59,371 nucleotides of DNA. It comes from a virus. Taxonomy: Duplodnaviria; Caudoviricetes. Position 1 is the stretch's first letter; each line of letters opens with the position of its first letter. Positions 41,415-49,472 of this stretch are shown piece after piece. Under the pieces are notes generated by a model. It searched no databases. It was not told the DNA's origin and saw nothing but the letters and a program-made list of their open reading frames with translations. A program made the position numbers and the translations under genes. The stretch lies in the IMG/VR virus record IMGVR_UViG_3300032234_000591, positions 1 to 59,371 of that record; one strand, written 5' to 3'.

Positions 41415-42161
41415 CTATAACTCTTCTACTTTATATTTATTGCCATCCATATCAAGCTTATAACCTTCTTTAATAAGATTTTGCCACTCTTCTTTTTCTA
41501 CTTTTTGTGCTTCTCTAATTTTTTTCATTTCTTCAGCCCAGGCATCTCTTGTTTCTTGTGGATATGCAGATTCTTCTCTATCATCCCAAAAAGAACCAAG
41601 TGTATATCTAACACCCTTAGTAATCATTGTCACTTCATGCATATTTGCATGGCCCCCAGCAAAAACAGCAAGCATTCCTACTTTTGGTTCTACCGAAATG
41701 TCATGACTTGGAAACTTTAACAAACCACCTTCAAAGTCTTCATTTAAATAAACAAAAGCTGCATATCTACTTCTTTCAAATGGTCCAGTATTTCCATGCT
41801 CGTCTGTGTTGTCTGAATGTAGTCTTGCATATGCTCCAGGCTCCCACTTTTGAGTATGGTATCCAATTTCAACAATAGTTTTTGGATCTAGATCATGAAT
41901 TGATGCAACTCCATCAATAATTCCCTTTTTAATTTGAGAAAATATATCTGTTGGCAAATCAAAATCCTCAATTTCTTGATCTCCATCTTTTGGAAGTATT
42001 GAAGAATATGACTCATAAAAAGATATTGGTGTCCATAAAATTTTTTCAGACTCTGCCTGCTTATCTAAAACTTTAATTATTTTTGCAGACTCTTCATCAG
42101 TTAGGAAGTTTTCATAAAGTACTATGTCTTCCGTTAGTCTTTTTTTATTGTTTAAGTTCAT
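41415..42161 (-). CDS. 2OG-Fe(II) oxygenase, prolyl-4-hydroxylase-like
   Basis: HSD...YLNEDFEGGLL...HEVTMITKGVRY. Confidence 0.88.
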   Translation of the reverse strand: MNLNNKKRLTEDIVLYENFLTDEESAKIIKVLDKQAESEKILWTPISFYESYSSILPKDGDQEIEDFDLPTDIFSQIKKGIIDGVASIHDLDPKTIVEIGYHTQKWEPGAYARLHSDNTDEHGNTGPFERSRYAAFVYLNEDFEGGLLKFPSHDISVEPKVGMLAVFAGGHANMHEVTMITKGVRYTLGSFWDDREESAYPQETRDAWAEEMKKIREAQKVEKEEWQNLIKEGYKLDMDGNKYKVEEL

Positions 42162-43045
42162 TTTAATCTCACTATTCCCTCTTTTAGATGTGCTTTAGGT
42201 GGATTTGCATCCCTAAACTTTTGTCTTAGATCTTCCTGCATTTCCGCCCATTTATCCTTGCCATACTCTTTTTCTTTTTCTAACCAATAATCTGAGCCAG
42301 GGTAGTATTTTTCAACATACATTCTTGAAAAATATTTATTTTCTCCATAGCTTGGCATGACTCCATGTAAGTATACCCTACCTTCTTCTGTAAGTATTTC
42401 TGGATGTCCAGATGGAAAAACTAAGTAGTCCCCAGCCTTTGGCTTGTATTTTATAAATTTATCATTAACTAAAAAGTCAATCTCTCCACCTTCATAGTCA
42501 TCATTAAAGTATACTAATGCTGTTATTGCAAACTTATATCCTCGTTCTTCTTGTTGCTCTCTTACATAATCTGAATGATACATCATTCCAAATTTATTAT
42601 CTTCTGAGCTTATATCGTATTTGCATATAGTTGGTCCATTGTATCTCCATGCGTTCATTTTATTTCCGTCTGAATCAATGTACAATTCATTAAAGTCTAA
42701 AGGTACGTTATGGTTTTTTGCATAATCTTCTACTACTAAATAAAAGTTTTTATACATTTGAAATAATACGTCTTTTTCATTTTTTTGTTTTTCGGTTATA
42801 GCATCAACTTTTTCAATATTTCCATATTTATCATCACGAGAATATGTATCAATAACTGGATTTAAATATTCTCCAAAATTTGACCACCTTGTCCATTTGG
42901 AAAAAAATCTATCTTCATCATTATTTGTAGAATCTTTTAATGTTTTGTATATCTTATCTATGTCAGTAAAAAGATTTTTATAAACAATGATGTTTGGATA
43001 TATCTCTTCTGACTCAAGAGTTAAAGAATTGCCATTATTTATCAT
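42158..43045 (-). CDS. 2OG-Fe(II) oxygenase, prolyl-4-hydroxylase-like
   Basis: HSD...YFNDDYEGGEI...HGVMPSYGENKY. Confidence 0.85.
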   Translation of the reverse strand: MINNGNSLTLESEEIYPNIIVYKNLFTDIDKIYKTLKDSTNNDEDRFFSKWTRWSNFGEYLNPVIDTYSRDDKYGNIEKVDAITEKQKNEKDVLFQMYKNFYLVVEDYAKNHNVPLDFNELYIDSDGNKMNAWRYNGPTICKYDISSEDNKFGMMYHSDYVREQQEERGYKFAITALVYFNDDYEGGEIDFLVNDKFIKYKPKAGDYLVFPSGHPEILTEEGRVYLHGVMPSYGENKYFSRMYVEKYYPGSDYWLEKEKEYGKDKWAEMQEDLRQKFRDANPPKAHLKEGIVRLK

Positions 43046-43710
43046 TATGGTTGTCTACTTCCTGTATGCTTTTGAATTGTCCAAAAGAATGGTATAACAT
43101 ATCTGATACCACTAGTGATCTCTCTTACACCGTGAACATAGTTTAAGTCCCCTGGGAAAAAGTATGCTGCTCCAGGCTTTGGCTTAAACTCTATACCCTG
43201 GTTTGGAAAATATAGTTCTCCACCTTCATAATCATCGTTAAGATAAAACAAGCCAGCGAGGTCAAACCACGGAAAATCGTTTGGCTCACCGCTTGGCAAC
43301 TGCTTATCAGCATGTGGCATCTGAAGCTGACCTGGAAGCCATCTTACAATTGCTGGACTTGTTTCTTTGGCATCAACTTCAAAATATGCATCTACATCTT
43401 TTTTAAAACGCTGAACCATATTAGAAATAACAATAGATATTTGTGGATCTAATTTATCTAAAGTGTTTGCTGTTGCAACTCTATCTTTCCAGTAGTCAGA
43501 ATCATAAGTTACAACGCCATCTTCATTATAATGAGTTTCTGTTACATCCCAGATTGTTATTCTTTTTGCAGCATCTAGCAAAAACTCATGCTCTTCCTTT
43601 GTCATAAAATTTTCTCTTGCTTGAATATTATCTGGTGATGAGCCAAAAAATCCAGGTGGCGTTATTGATTCGTACTTAACCATATTGCGGTTTTGAATTT
43701 CTTCTATCAT
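43045..43710 (-). CDS. 2OG-Fe(II) oxygenase, prolyl-4-hydroxylase-like
   Basis: HAD...YLNDDYEGGEL...HGVREITSGIRY; start moved to MIEEIQ (43710), 6 nt after a promoter motif. Confidence 0.88.
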   Translation of the reverse strand: MIEEIQNRNMVKYESITPPGFFGSSPDNIQARENFMTKEEHEFLLDAAKRITIWDVTETHYNEDGVVTYDSDYWKDRVATANTLDKLDPQISIVISNMVQRFKKDVDAYFEVDAKETSPAIVRWLPGQLQMPHADKQLPSGEPNDFPWFDLAGLFYLNDDYEGGELYFPNQGIEFKPKPGAAYFFPGDLNYVHGVREITSGIRYVIPFFWTIQKHTGSRQP

Positions 43711-43716
43711 ATTTTT

Positions 43717-43725
43717 ATTATACCA
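43717..43725 (-). promoter_or_regulatory. extended -10 promoter TGGTATAAT inside the oxygenase island (leaderless)
   Basis: 6 nt before the ATG at 43710. Confidence 0.7.
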
Positions 43726-43729
43726 CTTT

Positions 43730-44455
43730 CTACTCGTAAGACCTTCTGGCCCAAACACTATTTTTGTATACACCACCATTTGGAACACGATATTTTTTAC
43801 TATTTTGTGTATTACTAATAATTATATCATTAATTCCTGGAATGACTGCTTCTGATTTCCAATCTTCTCTTAAAAAAGGAAGCATTTGAGCATAGGGAGT
43901 TCCAGCTGGAAGCACTCCAGTCCATCCCTCTTTTACAAAAAATGGCATAGACCCAGGAAGATTTACTTTATCATTATCTATGATGCCAGAAACTGTCATA
44001 AATGGAAGATCGTATCTATTGAATGGTGAAGCATACAATACGCTATATCCATCAGGAACCTTTATTGCCCACTCTGGAAACCAAGCAAAGTGATACTTAT
44101 AGTATCCGTGTGGGTGCTCAAACTGTGGCATTGGATCTCTTCTTGTAACAAAATCTTCATAAAGAGGATTGCTGACTTTTGCAGAGATATTTCCAATATC
44201 ATCTATTGAAAATGTTATATCGCAAGGAGTTACAAGGCTATATCCTGTTGTCATTATATCCAAAAGTGCTGGGCATGCTTTCCATGTTGGTATCTTTCCA
44301 GCATCTGGACCAACCCAATAATCACCGTTTGGCATCTTGGCAAACCTATCTGCCTGTCTATACCAAGACGGAATCAGTTTTGATATAGGTTGAGGCCTTG
44401 ACTCGCTATCTGACTTTAACCAATATCTATTACTAATAAACTCTATTATTTTCAT
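43730..44455 (-). CDS. DUF6065-related protein
   Basis: PQPISKLIPSWY...KACPALLDIMTTGY...SGIIDND...PAGTPYAQMLPF; shares the C-x(0,1)-P...G[YW] and terminal [GN]xP motifs with its two neighbours. Confidence 0.6.
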   Translation of the reverse strand: MKIIEFISNRYWLKSDSESRPQPISKLIPSWYRQADRFAKMPNGDYWVGPDAGKIPTWKACPALLDIMTTGYSLVTPCDITFSIDDIGNISAKVSNPLYEDFVTRRDPMPQFEHPHGYYKYHFAWFPEWAIKVPDGYSVLYASPFNRYDLPFMTVSGIIDNDKVNLPGSMPFFVKEGWTGVLPAGTPYAQMLPFLREDWKSEAVIPGINDIIISNTQNSKKYRVPNGGVYKNSVWARRSYE

Positions 44456-45156
44456 TTTGTATTATCAATCACTGTTAGCTTTAAATTTTTAACCTCATGT
44501 GAACCAACAGACTCTCCCTTTTCGTTTACTGCATTACGATACCAGTCAGTCCACTGTCCTGCTTTATTTACTTCTTGTGCTGCATCTCCATATGCTTGCA
44601 TCTGTATGTTACGCTCTTGCATGTTCTCAAAATTTAAAATTTCAATAGACTCATCTTTTAATGATGTGATAGAAATTGGTATTATTGTTGCTATTGGAGT
44701 ATTAGCCTTTATTGTAATTTCTTTGTTTGGCGTTATACATTTGACAGCTAAGGGAAAATCAGAATCTAGAAAAGAAGTAGAAATAAGAGAAGACATAACT
44801 TCAAGATCTGGATTAAAATAGTTTTGTGGATTTATTGTGAGAACACTCATTTTTTGCTCTGTTCTTAAAATAAACCCTGTATTAAAGCTAACTGTTGATT
44901 GCCCTCTGCCAGTATACACATACTCTTGTCCCTGTAATATTTTTACAGTATCTGGTGTTGTATCATTAATACCGTTCCAAATAAAAGTAATGTCAACTGG
45001 ACAAGATATATACCAACCAATAACATTTGCTGAGGTAACTGGATGACATCTATATGCATGACCCTGTGGAGTTTCATCCATCCAGTCTCTCTTAATACTC
45101 ATTGGAGATATGTCAAGTGCTTTATGATTGAGCTTATAACATTTTACTATTGACAT
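44452..45156 (-). CDS. DUF6065-like protein
   Basis: KRDWMDET...HAYRCHPVTSANVIGW...WNG. Confidence 0.7.
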   Translation of the reverse strand: MSIVKCYKLNHKALDISPMSIKRDWMDETPQGHAYRCHPVTSANVIGWYISCPVDITFIWNGINDTTPDTVKILQGQEYVYTGRGQSTVSFNTGFILRTEQKMSVLTINPQNYFNPDLEVMSSLISTSFLDSDFPLAVKCITPNKEITIKANTPIATIIPISITSLKDESIEILNFENMQERNIQMQAYGDAAQEVNKAGQWTDWYRNAVNEKGESVGSHEVKNLKLTVIDNTK

Positions 45157-45827
45157 TAAGATCCTGTCTCTTCATAAAATTCTGGCTTATGAAACTTATC
45201 GCTATAGTCAAGCATTGTAACCAGTGAGTACTTAGTTCCAGAGTGGACGACCTTTGCTTGATGTGGATACATATAGTTTGATGGAAATAAAACAACATCT
45301 CCAGCTTTTGGCACATAGTTAATACCCTGCAATCTAAAGAACAGCTCTCCACCTTCAAAATCATCATTAAGATATGCCACTAATGAGACGGTACAGTTAT
45401 AAGAAAACCCATGGTCATGATGCTCCATAAAATGATGACCTGGCTCATACTTAATAAAATTGAAAGCTTCCCAGTATCTTAGATTATGTATGTTGAAGCG
45501 TTTACAGTAATCTTCAACTGCAAGACTTTGCCTATCATAACAGTCTTGCCATATTTGCTGTAGCTTTTTAGAATGCTCTGATGGATCGTGTTGTATGTCT
45601 GTCTTTTTAAACTTAAAATCTACACAGTCTCTATATTCTGGCATTCTTTGTCTATATCCAACATATGCTTCTTGCCAGTTATAGTAGTTTGAGGTTTCTT
45701 TACTTAAAACTGACTCTAGTCTATTAATAATATCTAGCTCTTTTGGAAGAACATCATGGTAAACTAAAATTCCTGGAGCTATTTCTTCGCATCCGCTCCA
45801 CGTAATGCCTGTATTATTTATATTCAT
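45156..45827 (-). CDS. 2OG-Fe(II) oxygenase, prolyl-4-hydroxylase-like
   Basis: HHD...YLNDDFEGGEL...HQAKVVHSGTKY. Confidence 0.88.
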   Translation of the reverse strand: MNINNTGITWSGCEEIAPGILVYHDVLPKELDIINRLESVLSKETSNYYNWQEAYVGYRQRMPEYRDCVDFKFKKTDIQHDPSEHSKKLQQIWQDCYDRQSLAVEDYCKRFNIHNLRYWEAFNFIKYEPGHHFMEHHDHGFSYNCTVSLVAYLNDDFEGGELFFRLQGINYVPKAGDVVLFPSNYMYPHQAKVVHSGTKYSLVTMLDYSDKFHKPEFYEETGS

Positions 45828-45844
45828 ACTTTTCTCCTTTTATT

Positions 45845-46552
45845 TTAATTTGATTGATGACCTAAAAGATTTATGTCAGACATAATAACTATACAATACT
45901 TTGTTCCACTTTTCATTGGAAGTGATGCATGCTCATAAATATAATTAGATGGAAAAACTGCAATATCTCCTATTTTTGGAGCATAGGTTAGATTGTCAAG
46001 CCTTGGAAATTGTATTTCTCCACCTTCATAATCATCATTTAGGTAAACTACTATAGAAACTGTTGTATTGTAGTGTGGACCATGATCAGAATGAATTTTA
46101 AATTCTTGCCCCTGCCCCTCATATTTTACAAAATTAAATGCTTCATAATAGCAAACATTTATTCCCCAATAATTAGCATAATCATCAACACACATTTTTA
46201 CAATGTTATACATTTTCTCATAAATATTAAAAAGTTCAGAATTTTTTTCAGTCTTTGGTCCTAAAGTCTTATCATTAAACTTAAAGTCATAGCAGTTTCT
46301 TGCAGCTTTTACTGGTTTATCTGAGGTTGTAACCATTGCTTCGCTCCAACCATATACGGAGCTTTTAGATAAAGTTTCTTCAAGTGTATTTATAACCCAG
46401 ACGACATCTTCTTTACTGATAGCACTTTCATAAATATTTAATCCTAGGGCTGGATTAGAAATGTTAATATTATTTAAAGTTCTTGGAAATCTGGTTGACA
46501 AAGATTCTGATCTATCTTTAGTAAACCATGGATTATCTTCTTCACTATACAT
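45845..46552 (-). CDS. 2OG-Fe(II) oxygenase, prolyl-4-hydroxylase-like
   Basis: HSD...YLNDDYEGGEI...HASLPMKSGTKY; closest to 45156..45827 (shared EAFNFxKYE). Start is 46552 or 46564. Confidence 0.88.
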   Translation of the reverse strand: MYSEEDNPWFTKDRSESLSTRFPRTLNNINISNPALGLNIYESAISKEDVVWVINTLEETLSKSSVYGWSEAMVTTSDKPVKAARNCYDFKFNDKTLGPKTEKNSELFNIYEKMYNIVKMCVDDYANYWGINVCYYEAFNFVKYEGQGQEFKIHSDHGPHYNTTVSIVVYLNDDYEGGEIQFPRLDNLTYAPKIGDIAVFPSNYIYEHASLPMKSGTKYCIVIMSDINLLGHQSN

Positions 46553-46580
46553 AATTTCCCCCAAATTGTACTATTTATAA

Positions 46581-47051
46581 TTATATCACAAACCTGCTTG
46601 ATGATAAAAAGAAGCTAAGATATTTTCTTTCACCAGATTTTATCTTAAGTACCTCGTGCTCATAATCTTTTGATGCTGGGTGACATATTAAACTTCCTTC
46701 TATTGGTTTGTGTATTATATTTTTTTGTGTATACTTTATTTCACCACCAGTATAATCATTGTTGAGATATATAACTATTCCGTAAAAAAAATATTTGTCT
46801 GGATTATCAATACACCATCCGCAATCACAGCCCATTTTATGTTGATCTGAATGAGGCTCTGTATATTCTCCAACTTTTAATGTTTTTATATTTCCAAGAC
46901 CTTCAACACTATACTTATCATTAAATATTTTAGATACTTTATTTTTTATTTCTATTTGCCAATCAATCCATGTATTAGAAACAATGCCGTATAGTTCATC
47001 TTTACTTAAAAAATCTTTAATTAAAAATATATTTTTTTCTAAATTAATCAT
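46581..47051 (-). CDS. short 2OG-Fe(II) oxygenase with a CxCxxC insert
   Basis: HSDQHKMGCDCGWC...YLNNDYTGGEI...HEVLKIKSGERKY. Confidence 0.85.
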   Translation of the reverse strand: MINLEKNIFLIKDFLSKDELYGIVSNTWIDWQIEIKNKVSKIFNDKYSVEGLGNIKTLKVGEYTEPHSDQHKMGCDCGWCIDNPDKYFFYGIVIYLNNDYTGGEIKYTQKNIIHKPIEGSLICHPASKDYEHEVLKIKSGERKYLSFFLSSSRFVI

Positions 47052-47850
47052 TTTCTGTATTATCTTTTATATACTGAATTGGCTTTAAAACTATTTTTTT
47101 TATTGATTCATAAACTTTATTTCCATTCTCATCTATACCTTTTTTATAAAATTGTGGCCAATTATATGGACCATAATCTTCAAAGTGCTGTGATCTCATT
47201 TCTGTATATTTTCTAAAACGTTCACTTTTTTCTTTATTTGCATACTTTATTTCTACATCTGTAATCTCTGTGGTATTTTTTTTATGTATTGATATAAAGC
47301 ATATTGGCATTCCTTTTGGAAAAGTTATTTCTTTGTTTGGACTATTTATTTTCCATGTTACTTGTAGTGGATGATCTATAAAACGATTAGACCTTAATAG
47401 TCCAGTTAATGGTTGAGCATCTTTAAAAATATAATTAGGTGGACCAGAGATAGTTAAAAAGTGTTCATCGTCTGTTTCTGCAACTAATCCAAAAACAAAC
47501 GTAATAGCACCTACCCCTGTATCTGTAGATGCAATCTTTATGCCATTGTAAAATTCTCCAGACAGAACAGAAACATGGCTTGCGTTCTCTCCTTCTATAC
47601 CTTCAGACACTCCGTCCCAACTTATAACAACATCTTGTGGAAGCTTTATTTCCCAACCATTTGACATCGCATCTATTAGCGGGGTACACTTATATGCTAG
47701 TTTATTGTATGTTTTGTCCATCCAGTCTCTACGAATAGATGCTGGCTCAATTTTTGGATATTCTGCATCTATATCTTCAGACCAAAAAATTATTTTTGGA
47801 TTATTGCTTTTAATCTTCTTTGCCCCATTTTCCAATTGGACATTCTGCAT
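47044..47850 (-). CDS. DUF6065-like protein (start uncertain)
   Basis: RRDWMDKT...AYKCTPLIDAMSNGW...WDG; paralog of 44452..45156. The N-terminal extension to 47922 overlaps the upstream gene and is doubtful. Confidence 0.7.
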   Translation of the reverse strand: MQNVQLENGAKKIKSNNPKIIFWSEDIDAEYPKIEPASIRRDWMDKTYNKLAYKCTPLIDAMSNGWEIKLPQDVVISWDGVSEGIEGENASHVSVLSGEFYNGIKIASTDTGVGAITFVFGLVAETDDEHFLTISGPPNYIFKDAQPLTGLLRSNRFIDHPLQVTWKINSPNKEITFPKGMPICFISIHKKNTTEITDVEIKYANKEKSERFRKYTEMRSQHFEDYGPYNWPQFYKKGIDENGNKVYESIKKIVLKPIQYIKDNTEND

Positions 47851-48046
47851 TAGATAAAGTTGTTTTTGATGGCATATAGCATAGGCATTTACTGCATTGT
47901 TTTGTTGGTAAGAAAAACTCACATCCTACACATAAATCCAGCCTAGCTTTAATAATTGATTCGTCTTTAATAATCCTATCTGGATCTAATAAATGCCAAG
48001 GTCTTGAATCACCTAAGCTTTGCTTCCATTCATTCCATTTTGACAT
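47810..48046 (-). CDS. six-Cys small protein (DUF6171-like), paralog of 10281..10556
   Basis: RPWHLL...CVGC...QCSKCLCYM..K..L..AECPIGKW. Confidence 0.75.
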   Translation of the reverse strand: MSKWNEWKQSLGDSRPWHLLDPDRIIKDESIIKARLDLCVGCEFFLPTKQCSKCLCYMPSKTTLSNAECPIGKWGKED

Positions 48047-48067
48047 ATTTCCCCCATTATTTAAACA

Positions 48068-48511
48068 TTATACAGCTTTTATTATTTTTTGTCCATCCCA
48101 TAAGTCACCAAAACCAATATTTTTTTCTAAAGAAATATCTATTACGATTACTTTGTTTTCAAAGGCAGCTTTATATTTTTGATCATATGATTCAGATTTT
48201 GGATTTGCAATTACTCCAAAAATTTTATTATCGGATAGCAAAAAATAAATATTATGATCTTCATCAAAACTAGCTGAGTCTTCTAAGTTTTCGGATATAA
48301 TATTATTTCCATCAAAAATAGCACCAATCTTTATCCCACTATGAATTTGCGTATGAATGGCAATAGCACCTTTTGATATAGCATTTTTATATCTTATATC
48401 TAATTCTGTATCTTTTTCAAAATAGAGTACCTCAAAGATCTCAAATATACCATCTTCTATTTCAACTGCAAGCGCATACTTATTATTAACCATGTTATTT
48501 TTTCTATTCAC
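48068..48511 (-). CDS. hypothetical protein with an internal two-fold repeat, possible fibre-assembly partner
   Basis: Two halves ending IKIGAIFDGNNII and IGFGDLWDGQKII; promoter motif 6 nt before the GTG. Confidence 0.65.
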   Translation of the reverse strand: MNRKNNMVNNKYALAVEIEDGIFEIFEVLYFEKDTELDIRYKNAISKGAIAIHTQIHSGIKIGAIFDGNNIISENLEDSASFDEDHNIYFLLSDNKIFGVIANPKSESYDQKYKAAFENKVIVIDISLEKNIGFGDLWDGQKIIKAV

Positions 48512-48517
48512 AAGAAT

Positions 48518-48526
48518 AGTATAGCA
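48518..48526 (-). promoter_or_regulatory. extended -10 promoter TGCTATACT at the head of the enzyme island (leaderless)
   Basis: 6 nt before the GTG at 48511. Confidence 0.65.
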
Positions 48527-48544
48527 TATTAAGAAGATGTCTTA

Positions 48545-49453
48545 TTAGATAACACACATACCGCCAGCGCAACTTGCTGGTGCCATACATGCTGGTCTAC
48601 AAACCGCAAAGCTTGGGAAGAATGGCGGGAAGAATGGCGGGAAGAAAGGCGGGAAGAAAGGAGGGAAGAATGGTGGGAAGAATGGAAAGAACGGCGGGAA
48701 GAAAGGAGGGAAAAACGGTGGGAAGAATGGTGGGAAGAACGGGAAAAATGGAGGGAAAAATGGTGGAAAGAATGGGAAGAACGGAGGAAAGAATGGTGGA
48801 AAGAATGGTGCTAGGGTTGTAATAGATCCTGATGCTGAAGAAACAATGCTTGTTCCGTTAGCATTAGTGGCTCTGACTGTATATGTTTGAGCTGTACCTG
48901 CTGTATCTGCAATCACAATAGGAGATGTTGCACCTGTTCCAGATGTTCCATCGCTGCCATTTACTGTATAAAGAGTGATAGCTTTTCCACCAGTTGCTGG
49001 TTCTGTAAATGCAATAGAGTTTTGATTGACTCCAGCAGTTGGTACTGGGGCATCCATTTGTGCTGGAACAGTGGTAACAGTTACAGAAGATGATGTTGTT
49101 GTTGGTCCAGTGCCAGCAGCATTATATGGTGCAACAGTAAATGTATAAGATACACCAGAAGCAAGGCCTTGGAATGTATAAGTTCCTCCAGGTCCACCCC
49201 ATGATGGAACATTAGCCGTGTATGTTGTTGGAGTTGTTGAGATAAAGTATCCACTTGTGCGTTCTGGGTCTGCTGGTATAGAAACAGTTACCGCTCCTCC
49301 AGTGTTAGATGCAGACTCTGCCGAGTTTGCAGCAGTAAGCAAATAAGGTCTATTGGTTCCAATATCGGAAACTGTTACTGAGGCAACTGCTCCTGGCTGT
49401 AAAAAGTTATCCTGAGCAGAAGACTTGATTCCTCTTTTTTTGCTTGTTGCCAT
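48545..49453 (-). CDS. FN3-like virion-type protein with C-terminal (P)PFF repeat and Cys-rich tip
   Basis: FQGLASGVSYTFTVAPYNAAGTG and QTYTVRATNANGTS FN3 strands, then the Pro/Phe repeat and AVCRPACMAPASCAGGMCVI. Confidence 0.85.
   Translation of the reverse strand: MATSKKRGIKSSAQDNFLQPGAVASVTVSDIGTNRPYLLTAANSAESASNTGGAVTVSIPADPERTSGYFISTTPTTYTANVPSWGGPGGTYTFQGLASGVSYTFTVAPYNAAGTGPTTTSSSVTVTTVPAQMDAPVPTAGVNQNSIAFTEPATGGKAITLYTVNGSDGTSGTGATSPIVIADTAGTAQTYTVRATNANGTSIVSSASGSITTLAPFFPPFFPPFFPFFPPFFPPFFPFFPPFFPPFFPPFFPPFFPFFPPFFPPFFPPFFPPFFPPFFPSFAVCRPACMAPASCAGGMCVI
48608..48808 (-). repeat. coding repeat: 13 x PPFF + 4 x PFF + PSF (67 aa)
   Basis: 12/9-bp units on the + strand (gaagaatggcgg, gaagaaaggagg, gaagaatggtgg) that vary at synonymous positions. 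Confidence 0.97.
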
Positions 49454-49472
49454 TTTTTATCCCCTTATTTCA

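Noticed and set aside
39383-47850. Oxygenase island as a DNA hypermodification (TET/JBP or AlkB) system
   Set aside because: The motifs match the P4H-like YLNxDYxGGE class, and no methyltransferase, glycosyltransferase or nucleotide kinase lies in the island. Disfavoured but not formally excluded.
48608-48808. Possible CRISPR array or non-coding VNTR
   Set aside because: Units are 9-12 bp, contiguous, have no spacers and are in frame within a gene. The Cas4-like gene is a solo phage nuclease with no other cas genes.
48574-48822. + strand ORF with GRMAGRKEG repeats
   Set aside because: Antisense shadow of the PPFF repeat; the variation is synonymous only in the minus-strand frame.
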